Shown here in pieces: positions 19,500 to 29,701 of a DNA stretch of 64,000 bases; position 1 is the first letter of the stretch; every line of letters starts with the position of its first letter. Source of the stretch: Candidatus Hydrothermia bacterium (GTDB lineage: Bacteria; Hydrothermota; Hydrothermia; UBA1063); contig JBNARF010000002.1 of the NCBI GenBank assembly GCA_049719805.1, positions 423,926 to 487,925 on the forward strand, read 5' to 3'. Below the pieces are notes generated by a model, which was not told the DNA's origin, made no database searches, and worked only from the letters and a program-made list of their open reading frames with translations. Position numbers and translations under genes: made by a program.

Positions 19500-20788
19500 T
19501 TCGAAAGCCAAGGATTGAATTAAATCTAAGGCATGAACTTCTCCCTCTCCCACTCATCATTCAGGAGGCAACTCTCCTTGAACTCGATGCCCTGGATCTG
19601 AGAGAGGCCATTATTCAGGAAATGACCTCTAATCCGATACTGGATATAGATATGTACAGTGATCTTCAAATGGTGGCGAGAAAGTTCGAAGAGCTTGGAG
19701 AATCGATGGAGGCCAGTGGAGAGCTGTGGTATCTTTATGAAGAGGAGGAAGGTGGGGACAGGAAGGAGGACTTCATAACCTATGTGCAGAGTCCCTGGGA
19801 AAAATTGGAAGCTCAAATTGAAGCTCAGTTTGAAAAGAAAAAGGATAAAAAATTAGCTTATGCCATTCTGGAACATCTTGACCAATTTGGTTACCTTGAT
19901 GGTGATCCCGCTGATATTGCGAAAGATTTAGGGGTAGAACTTGATGAGTTTGAACGTATTCGCAGGATTTTCATTCAGTTTGAGCCTTTTGGGTGCGGCA
20001 CCAGGGACTTTAAAGAATTCTTTCAATATCAACTTAATGAGATAGGTATCCACGTCTCTCCCGATGAGGCGCTGGAGCTAATAAAGGCTAATGAAAAGCT
20101 TGGAAAGCGTGTTATTCCTTATCCATTTTACCAGGTGGAGGAGGAACATGTAAGGTATGTGACACCCGAGCTTATCATACGCATCGATGAAAATGGTGAG
20201 TTAATACTCAGTTTTAACGACAAGATTTATCCGTCATTTCGTGTTTCCCGAGAATATATGAACTATCTTGAGGATAAAAGTGTTGACAGTGCCACCATTA
20301 AATATCTTGAAGACAAGTATAAGAGGGTTCAAAAATTCGTTGAAAATCTTAAAAAGAGAAAGGATTATCTTCTAAAGGCAGGTGAATTGATAATTGAATA
20401 TCAGGGCGACTTTCTGAGGTCTAAAACGGACAAGCTTGTCCCACTGTCACAAACAGAGGCGAGTAAAAAACTGGGAATACCCGTTTCTACCCTTAACAGG
20501 ATTTTAAAGAGCAAATATGTTGATACACCGAGGGGGATATACTCTTTGAAGTTTTTCTTCCAGAAACCTTTTGGTAAAAAAGCTACTGGCATGTCGAGGA
20601 TTTCAAAGGAAGATATCGGGGAGAGAATTAGGGCCATAATAGAGAAGGAAGATAAAAGAAATCCTCTATCAGATGAGGAAATTGCGAAAATCCTTACCTC
20701 CTACGGTATTAAGATTTCGAGACGTACCGTTACAAAATTCAGACACACCCTTGGAATCCCCGATTCCAGGGAAAGGGTTAAGGAATGA
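19496..20788 (+). CDS. rpoN: RNA polymerase sigma-54 factor
   Basis: C-terminal RpoN box ISRRTVTKFR and a position directly after lptB. Confidence 0.9.
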   Translation: MIRKPRIELNLRHELLPLPLIIQEATLLELDALDLREAIIQEMTSNPILDIDMYSDLQMVARKFEELGESMEASGELWYLYEEEEGGDRKEDFITYVQSPWEKLEAQIEAQFEKKKDKKLAYAILEHLDQFGYLDGDPADIAKDLGVELDEFERIRRIFIQFEPFGCGTRDFKEFFQYQLNEIGIHVSPDEALELIKANEKLGKRVIPYPFYQVEEEHVRYVTPELIIRIDENGELILSFNDKIYPSFRVSREYMNYLEDKSVDSATIKYLEDKYKRVQKFVENLKKRKDYLLKAGELIIEYQGDFLRSKTDKLVPLSQTEASKKLGIPVSTLNRILKSKYVDTPRGIYSLKFFFQKPFGKKATGMSRISKEDIGERIRAIIEKEDKRNPLSDEEIAKILTSYGIKISRRTVTKFRHTLGIPDSRERVKE

Positions 20789-21981
20789 TTCTCCTTGCTC
20801 TTTACAGAATTCTATCGTATATTCCCCTCAGAATAGTTTCACCTTTTAAGCTCAAGGATTTAGCACCTGGTAAAGTGGATGTGTGGTTTCACATGGCATC
20901 CCTTGGGGAAGTACTTGCAGCAAAGAAACTTGTGGAGCTTTTCCTTGAAAAAGGGTATAGAGTTCTGGTTACCTGTTTTACTCAGACAGGGTTTAACAAG
21001 GCTTTGGAACTATGGAAGGAGAAGGCGACGATTTTGAGATTCCCGTGGGATTCCTATTTTCATGTAAAGAGGATATTAAGGGTTTTAAGACCCGAAGCAT
21101 TTATAGTTCTTGAGACGGAGTTATGGCCGAATACCCTTTATCTTATAGGGAAAAATAAAATCCCCGCCTTTCTCGTAAATGCCAGGATCTCTGAGAAAAA
21201 TTTTGAAAAATCAAGGAAATTTAAATCCCTTTATAAAGAGATTTTAAAACCTTTCGTGACCATTTTTGCGCAGACAGAGGAAGATGCCTACAGATTTGAA
21301 GCCCTTGGCGCTCAGAAGAATAAGATAAAAGTTGTGGGAAATATAAAGATAGATTCTGCATCTGGAGAAGGAAAGCATTTCTCAAAGGAAGAACTGGGAA
21401 TATCAAAGGATGAATTTGTTATAATATTTGCCAGTCTAAGGGAGAAGGAAGAAGATTTTGCGCTAAGGATAGTGCAGGATTTAAGTAATGTTGATGGGCT
21501 TAGGTTTGTCTTTGCCCCGAGGCACCTCGATAGAGTGGAGGCGTTATCCAGGGAACTTGAGAATTTAAGAATTCCCTTCAGTTTGTGGACAATGAAAAGG
21601 CAGGGGGATAGCAAAGTCTTGATTTTAAATACCCTGGGGGAACTGAGAAAACTTTACCCTATAGCAGATCTTGTTCTATTAGGGGGTACCTTCGCACCCT
21701 ACGGGGGACACAACATTCTGGAGGTGGCGATTTCGGGTGCACCTGCCCTTGTTGGGCCTTTTCACAGTAGTATAAAAAATGAAGTTCGTTTCTTAGCGGA
21801 AAGTAATGCAGTAATTCTGTGCCAGGATAAAGAAAAGGTAAGGGATAAGATACTGGAAATTATGAAGATGAGAGAAGAACTAAAAAATATTGGTGAAAGG
21901 GCTAAAAATGAGGTAAAAGCCCGTCAGGGCATTTCTGAAAAGATCTTTAAGGAGATATTAGTCCATCTCAAGAAAGCTTGA
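20785..21981 (+). CDS. waaA: 3-deoxy-D-manno-octulosonic acid transferase
   Basis: Typical KdtA length and motifs. Confidence 0.75.
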   Translation: MILLALYRILSYIPLRIVSPFKLKDLAPGKVDVWFHMASLGEVLAAKKLVELFLEKGYRVLVTCFTQTGFNKALELWKEKATILRFPWDSYFHVKRILRVLRPEAFIVLETELWPNTLYLIGKNKIPAFLVNARISEKNFEKSRKFKSLYKEILKPFVTIFAQTEEDAYRFEALGAQKNKIKVVGNIKIDSASGEGKHFSKEELGISKDEFVIIFASLREKEEDFALRIVQDLSNVDGLRFVFAPRHLDRVEALSRELENLRIPFSLWTMKRQGDSKVLILNTLGELRKLYPIADLVLLGGTFAPYGGHNILEVAISGAPALVGPFHSSIKNEVRFLAESNAVILCQDKEKVRDKILEIMKMREELKNIGERAKNEVKARQGISEKIFKEILVHLKKA

Positions 21982-22806
21982 GGGGAGTAATTTTTCTCCG
22001 AAATTTTCAAGGAAAGGCATCCTTTCGAAGATGCCAAAGACGGCACTTCCTGAACCAGACATTACAGCAACCTGTGCACCTAAGGATACGAGAATGTCTT
22101 TAATATCCAGTATCTCCGGGCATCTGGTATTTACAATCTTTTCAAAGTCATTAGAGATTTCCGTCTCTAAAAGAGAAATATCGTTGTTTTCCAGAGCATC
22201 AGCAATTTTAACGGCTTTTTTATAGGCTTCGCTGAATTTTGTAAAGCTTGAGAGCTCGTCAAATCTTTCGTATGCCCATTTTGTTAATATTCGGCAATCA
22301 GGAAAACCGAGGATGAGGGGATAATTGAAAGTGGACCTTACAGGCTCCAGAATTTCACCTCTTCCTGTGGCGATGGCTGCGTTTTCGTTTAAGAGGAAAA
22401 ACGGGACATCGGAGCCAATTTCCTTACCAAGATCTACAAGTTCTTTTGTTGATAATCCTAGATTCCTTTTGTTATTTAAATATTTGAGGTAATATGCAGC
22501 GTTAGAACTAGCACCACCTAAACCAGATCCCACGGGGATTCTTTTCAAAATCTCGATCCTACCCGTTATGGTAATTCCAAAGTTCTTTTCCACCAGCTCT
22601 TTAACCCTGAAAAGGATATTTTTAGTTTCTATTTCTTCTCCTATAGTTACTACTTCGAAATCATGGTGGGGAGTAACGGTAATGATGTCGTGAAGACCGA
22701 TTTTATGAAAGACTGTAACGATGTTATGGTAACCGTCGGGCCTTTTCTCCGTTATCCACAGCCCGAGGTTAATTTTTGCGTATGATTTAATGATATCTTG
22801 ATTCAT
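21958..22806 (-). CDS. ispE: 4-diphosphocytidyl-2-C-methyl-D-erythritol kinase
   Basis: GHMP kinase motif PVGSGLGGASSNAA. Confidence 0.85.
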   Translation of the reverse strand: MNQDIIKSYAKINLGLWITEKRPDGYHNIVTVFHKIGLHDIITVTPHHDFEVVTIGEEIETKNILFRVKELVEKNFGITITGRIEILKRIPVGSGLGGASSNAAYYLKYLNNKRNLGLSTKELVDLGKEIGSDVPFFLLNENAAIATGRGEILEPVRSTFNYPLILGFPDCRILTKWAYERFDELSSFTKFSEAYKKAVKIADALENNDISLLETEISNDFEKIVNTRCPEILDIKDILVSLGAQVAVMSGSGSAVFGIFERMPFLENFGEKLLPSSFLEMD

Positions 22807-23393
22807 TTCTTGAGCCCCATGAGCTTTTCCAGATACTTGGCTATTATGTCAAACTCCAGGTTCACAGGATCTCCCTCCTTTAAAAATTGGAGGTTAGTTT
22901 TATTTAAAGTGAAGGGAATTATAGTCACCTTGAAGGTCTTTTCCTTAATATCATAACACGTAAGGGAGATTCCATTAACAGCTATAGAACCCTTTTCCAC
23001 AAGATACTTCATATAGTAGGGATCATGAACTTTAAATATAAATTCAGCGCCTTCGGATTTCCTTTCTTTTGAGTAGATTTCACCAGTGCAGTCCACGTGG
23101 CCCAGAATAATGTGACCACCCATAAGTGACGAAGGGGTCAGGCTTCTTTCCAGATTTACAGCCAGGCCTTCTCGCAGTGTCCTCGAAAAATGTGTTCTTC
23201 TTATGGTTTCTTCACTCAAAAATACTGTAAATTCTGTATCGGTGTGTTCTTCAACGGTGAGGCAAGTTCCGTCAACGGAAACGGAATCGCCTTCGTTGAC
23301 TTTTAGTTGCGAAACAATGGTAATTCGAGAACCCCCTGAAATTCTTTGAATCCTTTTTATTTTCCCTATGTCTTCAATAATACCAGTGAACAT
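22803..23393 (-). CDS. ribE: riboflavin synthase alpha subunit
   Basis: MFTGIIEDIGKI and duplicated lumazine-binding halves. Confidence 0.85.
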   Translation of the reverse strand: MFTGIIEDIGKIKRIQRISGGSRITIVSQLKVNEGDSVSVDGTCLTVEEHTDTEFTVFLSEETIRRTHFSRTLREGLAVNLERSLTPSSLMGGHIILGHVDCTGEIYSKERKSEGAEFIFKVHDPYYMKYLVEKGSIAVNGISLTCYDIKEKTFKVTIIPFTLNKTNLQFLKEGDPVNLEFDIIAKYLEKLMGLKK

Positions 23394-24571
23394 TATCTCC
23401 AGACCTTCATTTTCTCCCGGACTATTTCCATGGTTTTCGCCGCTTCTTCCCTTGCCTTTTTCTCGCCCTCCCGTAAAATTTCTATAACTAAGTCCCTGTC
23501 TTTTTCATATTCTTTCCTTTTCTCTCTGAGAGGTTCCAGGTATGTATTAATTTTCTCATAGACCCGCTTTTTACAATCTACGCAGCCCAGTAAGCCTTTC
23601 CTGCAGTTATCTTCGATTTCGGCTGTCTCGTCTCTGTTGAAAATTTTATGATAAGAGAAGATGGGACAATTTTCGGGGTGGCCGGGGTCATTTTTTCTTA
23701 TTTTCTGCGGGTCTGTATATGAAGACATGACCTTCTTTTTGAGAGTTTCAGGGTCTTCAGAAATTAAAATGGTGTTGTTGTAGGATTTTGACATCTTTCT
23801 TCCGTCGGTACCCAGGATTTTCGGAAATTCGGCGAGGAGGGGTTCCGGGATGGGGAAAACATCACCGTAGGTCTGGTTAAACCGCCTTGCAATTTCTCTT
23901 GTAATTTCAAGGTGCGGAAGTTGATCCTGTCCGATGGGAACTAAGTGGGCTCTGTAAACCAGGATATCTGCAGCTTGAAGTACAGGATACCCCAGATGAC
24001 CATAACTTATAAGATTGCCATAAGTTAGTTCCTCGTCAGAGTCAACAATCCCCTGATGTGTCAATTCCTCAAGGAAAGTTTCCTTGAGCTTGCTTTTTAA
24101 AATAGCTATGTATTCTTCCCCCTCTTTTCCTTTTATCCCTGATGAGATTTCCAGGAATTTCTGTACTACCGCCTCCGCAAAATTATCAAAGGCTCTCTTT
24201 TTTGCGGTAATCTGGGATACTTCAATGTTCTGTAAGTATTCCTTGAGGGTGGGATTTCTCAAAAGCCTTGAAGTGGTTATGAGCATGGAAAGAAGTAAGT
24301 GCAATTCTGCATGCTCTTTGACCGATGACTGGACAAATATGACAGACTTTTTTGGGTCAATACCTACTACCAGCCAGTCTATAGCCATGTCAATGATGTT
24401 TTCCATGAGGTCACTGGTGTCTGGCTTTGTGGTGAGTACGTGCCAGTCGGCTATTTCATAATAACATTCATATTCGTCCTGAAGTCTTCTCCAGTTTTGC
24501 AGTACTCCGAACAGGTGTCCTATGTGAAGCTTACCGGTGGGTCTATTCCCCGAAAGAATTCTTTTTTGCAT
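23393..24571 (-). CDS. trpS: tryptophan--tRNA ligase with a C-terminal four-Cys motif
   Basis: HIGH-like TGKLHIGH, KMSKS, and the C-terminal C-x20-C-x6-C-x2-C motif. Confidence 0.9.
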   Translation of the reverse strand: MQKRILSGNRPTGKLHIGHLFGVLQNWRRLQDEYECYYEIADWHVLTTKPDTSDLMENIIDMAIDWLVVGIDPKKSVIFVQSSVKEHAELHLLLSMLITTSRLLRNPTLKEYLQNIEVSQITAKKRAFDNFAEAVVQKFLEISSGIKGKEGEEYIAILKSKLKETFLEELTHQGIVDSDEELTYGNLISYGHLGYPVLQAADILVYRAHLVPIGQDQLPHLEITREIARRFNQTYGDVFPIPEPLLAEFPKILGTDGRKMSKSYNNTILISEDPETLKKKVMSSYTDPQKIRKNDPGHPENCPIFSYHKIFNRDETAEIEDNCRKGLLGCVDCKKRVYEKINTYLEPLREKRKEYEKDRDLVIEILREGEKKAREEAAKTMEIVREKMKVWR

Positions 24572-25775
24572 TTTGACCTCCGAAGAATATGGCGAAGAAG
24601 ATGAAAGAGAGGAAAGCCATTATGCTTCCAAAATAAAAGGGTGCTGAGGGGGATATTTTATCCCATAGAAAACCAGCCAGGAGACTTGCAGGAAGTAGGG
24701 TTAGCCCCACCAGGGTATGATATACGCCATAGGCAAATCCTCTGGTCTCTTTTTTTGATATATCCGCTACAAAAGCTCTTAGTACGCCCTCCGTGAAGGC
24801 GTAGTATATACCATATAAGGGGAAGAGAAGCCAGAGTAAATGAGCTTGCTCTGGCCTTAAAAGAGCAAATCCAAGGTAAACTAAGGAATATATTATGAAT
24901 CCTGTCATTATAGTTCTTGGTCTTCCTATTTTGTCAGATAGTACCCCCAGGGGTGTGGAGAGGAGAGCGTAGAAAACGTTGAATAAGGTGTAAAGTAGCG
25001 GAATTTGGGCCTGGGGAAATTTTAAATTTGAACTCCGCAGTATTAAAAAGGTGTCCGAAGAATTACCTAAAGAGAACAGGAACATGATAAAAAGGAGTAA
25101 TTTGAATTCTTTAGAAAGTCCTTTGAGACTGAGAGAAAGAGATATAGACGCATGTCCCTCTTTTTCCCTTTTAACTTCCGAGACCAGTGCAACAAGGATT
25201 AGTATGGCCAGAATTCCTGGTATTAATGATAACAAAAATATTACTCTGAGACTTTTCCCTTGATCCCAGGTCAGGTTTTTCGTGAAAAACGAAAGCAAAG
25301 CAAAGGCTGTTAAAGGACCCAGGATAGCGCCCAGGGTGTCCATGCTTCTGTGGAAGCCGAAACTTTTCCCTCTCTCATCAGGCTCCACAGAATCTGCGAT
25401 CAGGGCATCCCTGGGAGAGGTTCTTATCCCTTTCCCAATCCTGTCGAAAAATCTTGCGAAGAGGACGTGGAACCATCGGGTGGCAAATCCTATGGTGGGT
25501 TTAGCCACAGCCGAAAGGCCATATCCGATAATTACGAGAATCTTCCTCTTTTTAATTTTGTCAGAAATATAACCTGAAACACTCTTTAGAAGACTGGCTG
25601 TTGCTTCTGCAATTCCTTCAATCACTCCCAGGGCTGTGGCGCCTGCTCCTATAACCTGTGAGAGGAAAAGGGGGAGTAGAGGATAGATCATCTCGCTGGA
25701 AATGTCTGTGAAGAGGCTGGTAAGCCCCATGGCCACAACATTCTTGTTAAGAGCCTTCTTTCTTTTCTGGTTCAT
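24543..25775 (-). CDS. MFS transporter
   Basis: About 12 TM helices and typical MFS loops. Confidence 0.7.
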   Translation of the reverse strand: MNQKRKKALNKNVVAMGLTSLFTDISSEMIYPLLPLFLSQVIGAGATALGVIEGIAEATASLLKSVSGYISDKIKKRKILVIIGYGLSAVAKPTIGFATRWFHVLFARFFDRIGKGIRTSPRDALIADSVEPDERGKSFGFHRSMDTLGAILGPLTAFALLSFFTKNLTWDQGKSLRVIFLLSLIPGILAILILVALVSEVKREKEGHASISLSLSLKGLSKEFKLLLFIMFLFSLGNSSDTFLILRSSNLKFPQAQIPLLYTLFNVFYALLSTPLGVLSDKIGRPRTIMTGFIIYSLVYLGFALLRPEQAHLLWLLFPLYGIYYAFTEGVLRAFVADISKKETRGFAYGVYHTLVGLTLLPASLLAGFLWDKISPSAPFYFGSIMAFLSFIFFAIFFGGQNAKKNSFGE

Positions 25776-25839
25776 AGAATTATTATAATGGAAATTTTAT
25801 GAAATGGCTTTACATTCCCGAAAGAGGAATTAAGTTATT

Positions 25840-26208
25840 TCATTTTAGCTCTTTTATTCTTCTTTCCGCTTCCTCCGGTGTTATTTCTCCCTTTTCTAAC
25901 AAATCAAGGATTTCCTGCAATCTGTCTTTCGAAAAAGCAGGTTCAATACCTATTTTCTTCAAAAATTCCTCAAATCTTTGCCTGGTTGTGGGGTACGATA
26001 GATTCAAATATTTGGAGACCTCGGAGAGATTTCCGCGAGTTTTAAGAAACAGGTAGAGCATTTTCAGGTCATTATCATCGAGATCACAGAAGGGCGGAAT
26101 TTCAAAATCTCCCTCAACTTTCGTTTTGCATTTTGGACACTCAAGCACTTTTATCCTTAACCTGGTTTCACATGCAGGACATTTTCCAGGTAACCTGGGC
26201 ATTTTCAT
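25840..26208 (-). CDS. zinc-ribbon/HTH protein (DUF2089-like) with C-terminal SHOCT-like motif
   Basis: CPACE...CPKC ribbon, an HTH region and EKGEITPEEAERRIKELK. Confidence 0.5.
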   Translation of the reverse strand: MKMPRLPGKCPACETRLRIKVLECPKCKTKVEGDFEIPPFCDLDDNDLKMLYLFLKTRGNLSEVSKYLNLSYPTTRQRFEEFLKKIGIEPAFSKDRLQEILDLLEKGEITPEEAERRIKELK

Positions 26209-26555
26209 TTCCCTTCTTTAATCTTTTTTATAGCTTCTTCTGGCGAAATTTTACCGGACTCAAGGTCATTTAATATTTTGCCTATCTTCTTTCTCGATTT
26301 GTGTTCTGGTGAATATAATTTTCCTGCAATGGAACGTAATACCATCCATAGTCCCAAAATTATTAGTATCCATGGCCAGTCTCTGGACCAGTTAATGTAA
26401 GGAAGTAAGCCGAGGTTCCCCATCCAGAAAAGAAGGCCTATGCCCAGAAACAAAAGTCCTATTCGAATATTCGACCCTAACTTTTTTAAAGTTAATGCTG
26501 CCATGAAAATTATGAAAATTGCAAGAAGAATAAAGACGCCCAGGATATTATTCAT
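26205..26555 (-). CDS. membrane protein with C-terminal SHOCT-like motif
   Basis: Three TM helices and ESGKISPEEAIKKIKEGK. Confidence 0.5.
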   Translation of the reverse strand: MNNILGVFILLAIFIIFMAALTLKKLGSNIRIGLLFLGIGLLFWMGNLGLLPYINWSRDWPWILIILGLWMVLRSIAGKLYSPEHKSRKKIGKILNDLESGKISPEEAIKKIKEGK

Positions 26556-26752
26556 TGTTCCTCCTCCTTCTTAGATTTTTTGAAGTGAATTACAAACCTA
26601 CCTTTTGATCCCAGGTTTTCAACTATGCTGATTATCCCTATTATTATTAGGATAACTGGCCAGTCCCTTCCCCAGGACCACTGCCAGATACCCATTTTGT
26701 TTAGCCATATTATGAGACCTATTATAATTAAAAGAACCCCACCACTTATCAT
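26552..26752 (-). CDS. small membrane protein
   Basis: Two TM helices. Overlaps its neighbours on the same strand by 4 bp. Confidence 0.4.
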   Translation of the reverse strand: MISGGVLLIIIGLIIWLNKMGIWQWSWGRDWPVILIIIGIISIVENLGSKGRFVIHFKKSKKEEEQ

Positions 26753-26765
26753 GTAATCCTCCTTT

Positions 26766-27113
26766 TTATTCCACTGAAATTTTTATAACTTCGCCATCTT
26801 CCCCCTGGATTTCCACTATAGTACCATTGGCTCCCTCCTGAATGGCATTTAAAATTTCCCTTAAATCAACCTCATTTTCTTGTAGCGTCATTTTTGCCTT
26901 AGCCGGCAAAAAGTTCGTTATAAACTTCAAAAGGTTCACTGGTAACGTTATGTTAATTACATCCTCCTCATCTCTTATATATATTTTTAGAAATTTTCCT
27001 CTGGGCTGGGTAAAAGATACTTCTTCCAGAGCGTTAAGGAGTTTAAACCCCTCTTCCGAGGTTATTTTACCCTCCTCTATCATTTTAAGGATCCTTTTGA
27101 CTTCATCTTTCAT
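26766..27113 (-). CDS. SHOCT-like domain protein
   Basis: IEEGKITSEEGFKLLNALEE. Confidence 0.45.
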   Translation of the reverse strand: MKDEVKRILKMIEEGKITSEEGFKLLNALEEVSFTQPRGKFLKIYIRDEEDVINITLPVNLLKFITNFLPAKAKMTLQENEVDLREILNAIQEGANGTIVEIQGEDGEVIKISVE

Positions 27114-27865
27114 TTTTTTTCCTCCTTAAATTCTAATGCTAAATCCCCGCCAAACAAGTTTATTATTAACTCTTTGAAATTACCTTCTCCATAAACATAG
27201 TAATTATCCATTTTTCTTAAGCCTTCAGGTAGTTCTATATCACCACCGTATAAGGAGACAAGGATTTTTAGTGGTTCTTTGGGCAATGTAATCATGACAT
27301 CACCCCCGTAGCTCTCAATTTTAAGTCTATTAAAATTAATGTCGAGTTCTAAATCACCGCCTTTGGCTGAGAGGGTAACATCATTAAATACCCCGGAAAT
27401 CTCCCCGTCTCCACCCAAAAGGGAGACGGTTAGATTTACATTTTCCGGAAGTCGAAGTGTAGCGTCATCAATAACGGTCATTTTAATGAAGTCCTCGCCT
27501 ACATTATACGAGCCCTTCAGACTTCCATTGATTAATTGGGACTCCCACGAGGAGATGTCAATGTCTCCGCCGAGAACATTTATGAAAATGTTATCCTTCT
27601 TTTCTATTTCAATATCCATTTCGGCGGGTTTTTTTCGAATAAGTTCTGAAGAAGATTCTATTGTTTCATTTACGATATCTCCCACCATTTTAAAAATCTG
27701 ATTGGGGAGGTCATGGAAATCCATTTTTGGTTTCACATATGTTTCTTCACTTTCTTCATCCTTTCCTGACAATTCTTTAAGGGCCTTAATGAGCCTCTCT
27801 GCCTCCTCGGCAGTTATTTTACCATCTTCCAGTAGCTTTATTACCCCTTTTATGAATTCTTCCAT
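27110..27865 (-). CDS. Toastrack (DUF4097) domain protein with N-terminal SHOCT-like motif
   Basis: LEDGKITAEEAERLIKALKE followed by repeated GGD(I/L/V)x(I/L) beta-strand units. Confidence 0.55.
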   Translation of the reverse strand: MEEFIKGVIKLLEDGKITAEEAERLIKALKELSGKDEESEETYVKPKMDFHDLPNQIFKMVGDIVNETIESSSELIRKKPAEMDIEIEKKDNIFINVLGGDIDISSWESQLINGSLKGSYNVGEDFIKMTVIDDATLRLPENVNLTVSLLGGDGEISGVFNDVTLSAKGGDLELDINFNRLKIESYGGDVMITLPKEPLKILVSLYGGDIELPEGLRKMDNYYVYGEGNFKELIINLFGGDLALEFKEEKK

Positions 27866-28062
27866 TGTGCACCCCCTACCAAACTTTTGATTAATTTTTA
27901 AAAATATTAAAGATTGCTTAATGAATTGTCAAGTTATTTTTTATTTTTATAAAAAAATTCGCAAAATTTTTGAAAGTTTGCAGTGCCTTACAAGAAGTTT
28001 AGTGATATTTTTGAGAATTTGAGGCTCTTCCGAAGTTTCCCGGGTTTTTTGACATTCAGCTA

Positions 28063-29679
28063 TTGATTTTTTTAACAAAAAGCATTATTTTTAATTCAAT
28101 GCGGAGGGGTTTATTAGAGAGGGGTTATAAAATAGTAGTTGGTATTTCAGGTATTTTATTCATTCTCTATAAGCTTTTAACAGCTTCGGTTAAATTCCCG
28201 CCTCTTTATGAGTATTTAACTTACATTTTTCTTTCTGGTGTTGCCGCCACTCTTTACCTGAGTGTAGGGACTACGGTTCTGTCCTTTGAGATTGCGGTTT
28301 TTTTATTTCTCACGTTGATGTACGGGCCAGTAGTGGGCGGATTTTCGGCTATGCTAACAATTTTACTGGTATGGTTTTTGAAAGCTTCTTACTTTCAAAT
28401 AAGGAAGGAGCAGCCTTTTAAAGAGGTTTTCATAAGTGGACTCTTTAACTCTGGGTTATATGCCTGGATTTTTTACCTTGGTGGCAAGTTTTTCTATTCT
28501 ACAGAAAAGGGCTGGTGGTCTTATATTGCAACCATTGTCGTGATAATTGGCTTGAATGAACTAATTTTTGTCGTGAAAGAGGCCATTGACCGGCATAACC
28601 TGCTAAAATATATAAAAGAAGAAGCACTATTAAGCGATTTTCTGGAGTTATTAATTTATCCCATCGCCATAACGTTATTGCTTCTTTATAAAAAATACGG
28701 ATTCTTTTCAACTCTGCCTATACTGATCACGATTATCCTACTTTCTGCTATAGGTAGACTTTATTCTGTCATCAATCAACGATTAAAACTCAATCTTAGG
28801 CTGGAGAAGGAGTTGAACTTAGTTTCCAGGGAAGTGGGTCGGACATCGGATTTGATAAGTGTATTGAAAATTGGTGCCCGGGCTCTTGCAAACGTATTTA
28901 GTGATGCCATTCTTTGCGTGATTCCTTATGAAGAACTTAAAGAAACCCTCGAACACTCCTTGTGTTTTAAAAACCAGGAGATTTATTCTCGCAGTCAAAG
29001 TGAGCTGGTGCTCGCTGAAAAAGAAAAAGGCATTACAAAGGATGTTATCAAAGGTGAAAAAAAGATCGGCACCCTAATCATCAAAGTACCCGCAAAAATT
29101 TCGGAGAGCGAAAGGATCTTTCTGAATAATCTTCTTGATCTTCTCTCAATTAGTATCGTTAAAATCGTCTCTTATAAAGCTTCGATTTTCGATAGTTTAA
29201 CGGGCCTTTATTCCAGGGGGTATTTTGAAGAGAGGTTAAAAGCTGAAGTGGATAACATAAGGAGGAATGGTGGAAAATTTACTCTCGTACTTTTCGATAT
29301 TGATAGTTTGAAGTATGTGAATGATCGTTTTGGTCACAAAAGTGGTGATGAGCTCATTCTAAAGTTTGCTGAGTGCTTAAAGAAGAATACCCGGGAGTAC
29401 GATATTCAGGCAAGGTGGGGTGGTGATGAGTTTGTTCTACTAATTCAAGGGGTCGGCGAACAGAAGGCGAAAGAGGTGGTAAATAGAGTAGTTGAAAAAT
29501 TTTCTGCAAAAAAATTAGATTTTGGCAGGGAAGAGTTTAAACCCAGCGTTTCATTTGCTATGACTGAGTATAACGAAAACACGAGTATTGAGATTAATGA
29601 GCTGTTCCAGATGGTGGATTATAAATTGCTTAAAGTAAAAAAAGAAAGGAAAGGAGATGGATATAAAGAACTGAATTAA
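28063..29679 (+). CDS. membrane-anchored diguanylate cyclase (GGDEF)
   Basis: Multi-TM N-terminus and the RWGGDEF active-site motif. Confidence 0.85.
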   Translation: MIFLTKSIIFNSMRRGLLERGYKIVVGISGILFILYKLLTASVKFPPLYEYLTYIFLSGVAATLYLSVGTTVLSFEIAVFLFLTLMYGPVVGGFSAMLTILLVWFLKASYFQIRKEQPFKEVFISGLFNSGLYAWIFYLGGKFFYSTEKGWWSYIATIVVIIGLNELIFVVKEAIDRHNLLKYIKEEALLSDFLELLIYPIAITLLLLYKKYGFFSTLPILITIILLSAIGRLYSVINQRLKLNLRLEKELNLVSREVGRTSDLISVLKIGARALANVFSDAILCVIPYEELKETLEHSLCFKNQEIYSRSQSELVLAEKEKGITKDVIKGEKKIGTLIIKVPAKISESERIFLNNLLDLLSISIVKIVSYKASIFDSLTGLYSRGYFEERLKAEVDNIRRNGGKFTLVLFDIDSLKYVNDRFGHKSGDELILKFAECLKKNTREYDIQARWGGDEFVLLIQGVGEQKAKEVVNRVVEKFSAKKLDFGREEFKPSVSFAMTEYNENTSIEINELFQMVDYKLLKVKKERKGDGYKELN

Positions 29680-29701
29680 GAGAACAGGTGATTATAAATC
29701 C

